Shown in pieces: positions 24,254-27,422 of a stretch of DNA of 27,422 nucleotides. Source of the DNA: a virus (Duplodnaviria; Caudoviricetes); the IMG/VR virus record IMGVR_UViG_3300031577_000185, positions 1 to 27,422 of that record; one strand, 5' to 3'. Position 1 is the stretch's first letter. Every line of letters starts with the position of its first letter. The notes beneath the pieces were generated by a model. It saw only the letters and a program-made list of their open reading frames with translations, did no database searches and was not told where the DNA came from. A program made the translations under genes and the position numbers.

Positions 24254-25444
24254 ATGCGGGTGAGAATCATTGAGCCAACCAAGCCCTTAGAACCTAGAAA
24301 AAAACGAGTATGTGCTTATGCCAGAGTGTCTTCGGATAGCGAAGCGCAGGGGGAGTCCTTAGAAAACCAGGTTATGTATTATCGGAACCTGATTGAAAGT
24401 AACGCGGAATATGAATGTGTTGGTGTGTTTTCCGATGAAGGTTTTACCGGAACAAAAGAGGATCGGCCTGAGTTTCAAAAAATGATTGCACTGGCGAGAG
24501 AGCAGAAAATAGATGTAATCTTAACGAAGTCAATCTCTCGCTTTGCGAGGAACACCACGGTTGTACTCGAACTTGCCCGCGAAATGAAAAGCTTAGGTGT
24601 TGAGATCCGATTCGAAAAAGAAAATATTTCTACATTTGATGGGGACGGTGAGCTGATGCTTACCGTCCTTTCTTCATTTGCACAAGCGGAAAGCAAAAAT
24701 ACTAGTGATAACCAGAAATGGCGTTACAAGCGCAATTTTGAAAAAGGGAAACTAGCGATTAATGCTACCCGGTTTTTAGGCTATGACAAAGATGAATATG
24801 GCGATTTGGTAATCAATCCAAGACAGGCCGACATTGTGAAACGAATTTTTCACGACTATATAACTGGGAAAGGTACCTTTGTGATTGCTAAGGAACTGAA
24901 CGCCGAATGTATATCAACGGTTGCGGGAGGAACGTGGCATTCCAGTACAGTGCTGAACATACTTAAAAATGAAAAATATAAAGGTGATGCCAAGCTGCAA
25001 AAAACCTATAGGAAGGATCATCTTTCTAAAAAGAAATGCATTAACCACGGAGAAATCGATAGTTTTTATATCCTGGATAACCATTCGCCCATAGTGACGA
25101 AAGAACTATGGGATGAGGTACAGCGGCAACTGCAGCTTAGGGGCAAGGCCAAAGGCAATGTTGCGGAGATAAAGGAAAAGTATCAAAATCGTTACTCACT
25201 AACAGGAATGCTTTACTGCAGTAAATGCGGGGAAGCCTTACGCCGCCGGGTGTGGAACAGTAAATATGATTGTAAAAAGATTGTTTGGCAATGCAGTAAC
25301 TATGTTAAAAACGGCAAACAAGCTTGCGTGGGCACCGTAATTGAGGATTCGGTTGTAAGCGGACTTACGATAAAACAAAAAACTGTAGTTGAGGAAGTGA
25401 ATAAAAATGGCCAGAAGCATTACCGTTATACCTGCCAGAGCTAA
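24254..25444 (+). CDS. Large serine recombinase 1 (resolvase + recombinase + Zn ribbon, short C-terminus)
   Basis: CAYARVSS catalytic Ser, TKSISRFARN, FLGYD, NEKYKGD, CSKCG...WQC. Confidence 0.93.
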   Translation: MRVRIIEPTKPLEPRKKRVCAYARVSSDSEAQGESLENQVMYYRNLIESNAEYECVGVFSDEGFTGTKEDRPEFQKMIALAREQKIDVILTKSISRFARNTTVVLELAREMKSLGVEIRFEKENISTFDGDGELMLTVLSSFAQAESKNTSDNQKWRYKRNFEKGKLAINATRFLGYDKDEYGDLVINPRQADIVKRIFHDYITGKGTFVIAKELNAECISTVAGGTWHSSTVLNILKNEKYKGDAKLQKTYRKDHLSKKKCINHGEIDSFYILDNHSPIVTKELWDEVQRQLQLRGKAKGNVAEIKEKYQNRYSLTGMLYCSKCGEALRRRVWNSKYDCKKIVWQCSNYVKNGKQACVGTVIEDSVVSGLTIKQKTVVEEVNKNGQKHYRYTCQS

Positions 25445-26819
25445 CCGAACCAGCCTAGCGGAAAATCTTATGCCAATTAAGAAAAGAGTGGCTGCGTATT
25501 GTCGGGTGTCGACAGACCAAGCGGAGCAGTTGTCGAGTTATGAGGCGCAAGTAAGTTATTATACCGCCTATATACAGGGACATTCAGATTATGAATTGGC
25601 CGGAATTTACGCCGATGCTGGCATTACCGGTACCAATACCAAAAAACGTGAGCAATTTAATAAGATGATCGAAGACTGTAAGGCCGGAAAGATTGATATG
25701 ATCATAACGAAGTCTATATCCCGCTTTGCCAGAAATACTCTGGATACACTAACTTTTGTGCGGTTATTAAAAGAATTAAATATAGAAGTATTTTTCGAGA
25801 AAGAAAATATAAAAACTCTCGATAGCAAAGGAGAAGTTTTGCTTTCGATTTTAAGCTCACTTGCGCAAGATGAGTCGCGGTCGATATCGGAAAACTCAAC
25901 CTGGGGCATTCGAAGACGATTTGAGCAAGGAAAACTTCAAATCAACCATACTAAGTTTTTAGGTTATGACAAAGATGTTAGTGGAAATCTTGTTATTAAT
26001 CCCAAACAGGCGAAAATAGTGAAACGGATTTATACGGAATTTCTTAACGGTAAAGGGGCCAATCGAATAGCGAGAGACCTTCAATTTGATAGGGTGCCAA
26101 ACTGGCACGGCAAGCCTAAGTGGTATGAGGGCAGTATTCGAAAAATGCTTACTAATGAAAAGTATAAAGGCGACGCCTTATTGCAGAAAACCTACACCGT
26201 TGATTTCTTGAGCAAAAAGCGGGCAGAAAACAATGGACAAGTACCGCAATATTATGTAGAAGATAGTCATCCGGCGATTATTGATAAGGATATGTGGGAA
26301 GCGGTGCAGCTTGAGATGGAGCGCAGAAAAGCTTATGCGGTAGAGCATGGTATTCAGAAACTTGAATATGCAACAAATACTAATCCTTTTGCAGGCAGAG
26401 TCATCTGCGGTACTTGCGGCCAGATTTTTGGCAGGAAGGTTTGGAACTCTACTGATGAAAGGCTTAGAAGGTTGGTTTGGCAATGCAACGGGAAGTATCC
26501 TGGGAAAGGGAAAAAGGGGTGTGAAAGCAAGCATATTGATGATGGGGTTTTATATCAGGCTTTCGTTGATGTATTTAATACGCTGGTTGAAAATAAGGAT
26601 TACTTCATATGTAAGTGGCAGGAACGTTTGTGGAGCGATAATTTGCTTCAAAGATATAAGGCGAAACAGTTTATTGGAATCTTAACAAAGGCTGGGGTAA
26701 TTGATAAATTTGACATAGATTTATATTTTGCATTGGTAGAGAAGATAACGGTTTATAACGGCGGGCGATTGATTGTAAGTTTGCTTGACGGCACAGATGT
26801 GGAATGTGAAATGGAATAG
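25407..26819 (+). CDS. Large serine recombinase 2 (integrase)
   Basis: AAYCRVST, TKSISRFARN, FLGYD, NEKYKGD, CGTCG...WQC...C; overlaps recombinase 1 by 38 nt. Confidence 0.94.
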   Translation: MARSITVIPARANRTSLAENLMPIKKRVAAYCRVSTDQAEQLSSYEAQVSYYTAYIQGHSDYELAGIYADAGITGTNTKKREQFNKMIEDCKAGKIDMIITKSISRFARNTLDTLTFVRLLKELNIEVFFEKENIKTLDSKGEVLLSILSSLAQDESRSISENSTWGIRRRFEQGKLQINHTKFLGYDKDVSGNLVINPKQAKIVKRIYTEFLNGKGANRIARDLQFDRVPNWHGKPKWYEGSIRKMLTNEKYKGDALLQKTYTVDFLSKKRAENNGQVPQYYVEDSHPAIIDKDMWEAVQLEMERRKAYAVEHGIQKLEYATNTNPFAGRVICGTCGQIFGRKVWNSTDERLRRLVWQCNGKYPGKGKKGCESKHIDDGVLYQAFVDVFNTLVENKDYFICKWQERLWSDNLLQRYKAKQFIGILTKAGVIDKFDIDLYFALVEKITVYNGGRLIVSLLDGTDVECEME

Positions 26820-26921
26820 GTGAATTACCGCTTTTGAGTTAGTTGTCTGACCTTATTACCAATGCATTAGCCGAGGCGGTAACCAAAACAATTGCTAAAC
26901 TTGAAAATGAAGTAATAGTTT

Positions 26922-26955
26922 TAGGCCCGGTCTTAATTGATCGGGGCCTATTTTT
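26922..26955 (+). terminator. Rho-independent terminator
   Basis: taggccc.ggtc-ttaatt-gatc.gggccta hairpin followed by a T run. Confidence 0.7.
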
Positions 26956-26978
26956 GTATTGGGGGAGGTGTATACATA

Positions 26979-27422
26979 ATGAAGGTAAATGTTTTATTTT
27001 CATATCCCGAGACAACATTTGGTCGCATAATTGATGCAGTAGAAGGGGCAGGAGCAGACCCAAGTCATGCCGCTATTTTTATGCTGGACCATATCCTGGA
27101 GGCGTTAGACAATGGTTTTATTAAATCGCCACGGACCGCATACGATGGCCATAAAACTACTATTATTACTGTTGATGTGCCAAATATTGAAGAGTCAGAG
27201 CTTGAGCAAAGCGGCTATTGAATACACCTTATGGCTGGATAGTTTGCATAAATGGCGGTATCAGAGAGATTACAGGCCTTGCAACTTCCTGGCGATGGCG
27301 AGGTTACAGTCAATTGTTCTGAGGCTGTATGCAGGATTCTTCGCTGTGGAGGCCTGGATATTTTGCCGGGGGTGTATGCTGACGGGGTGACGCCTGCGGC
27401 TTTGCAGGGGTTGGCGGTGTGA
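26979..27422 (+). pseudogene. Permuted papain-like amidase (YiiX/YaeF, C92-like) with two compensating frameshifts
   Basis: SD ggaggt and ATG 26979; SHAAIF (His) in frame; TPYGW in a shifted frame after about 27206; returns to the original frame near 27278 with NCSEAV (Cys) and VTPAAL, TGA at 27420-27422. Confidence 0.7.

Larger units (their letters stand above)
1..26819 (+). mobile_element. Prophage (siphovirus, HK97-type head, GTA-like tail tip), right part; left end lies outside the window, att sites not identified
   Basis: Co-oriented terminase-portal-protease-capsid-neck-tail-lysis-recombinase gene order. Confidence 0.95.

Noticed and set aside
26820-26980. attR site and the 63-aa ORF 26843-27034
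   Set aside because: No partner att sequence is available in the window to confirm a core; the ORF lacks an SD and runs through a terminator

Overview
This window is the late (morphogenesis), lysis and integration half of a temperate siphovirus prophage in a Firmicutes-type host. All credible genes are on the + strand. Gene order: amidoligase + gamma-glutamylcyclotransferase, terS, terL, [AT-rich insert: HipA-like kinase + HipS-HIRAN partner, a 58-aa orphan ORF and an 'empty' promoter-terminator unit, with two copies of a 31-bp terminator-like repeat], portal, ClpP-type protease, HK97 capsid, head fibre, head-tail connector, [AbrB-RelE TA moron], neck/tail genes, tail chaperones with a -1 slippery site, tape measure, an RcGTA g12-g15-like tail tip carrying an extra lectin-like protein and a repeat-extended hub, DUF2793 protein, holin, catalytic-only amidase, a membrane-anchored protein ending in four beta-strands (candidate non-canonical spanin), [small antitoxin + nonsense-inactivated Doc], two tandem large serine recombinases, and a frameshifted permuted papain-like gene. 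The most interesting leads are the candidate beta-barrel-anchored spanin (the host is inferred, not shown, to be a diderm Firmicute such as a Negativicute), the HipA/HipS-HIRAN pair as a possible DNA-end-sensing defence module, and the mosaic GTA-like tail tip. All family assignments come from motif recognition and gene order; no database searches were run.
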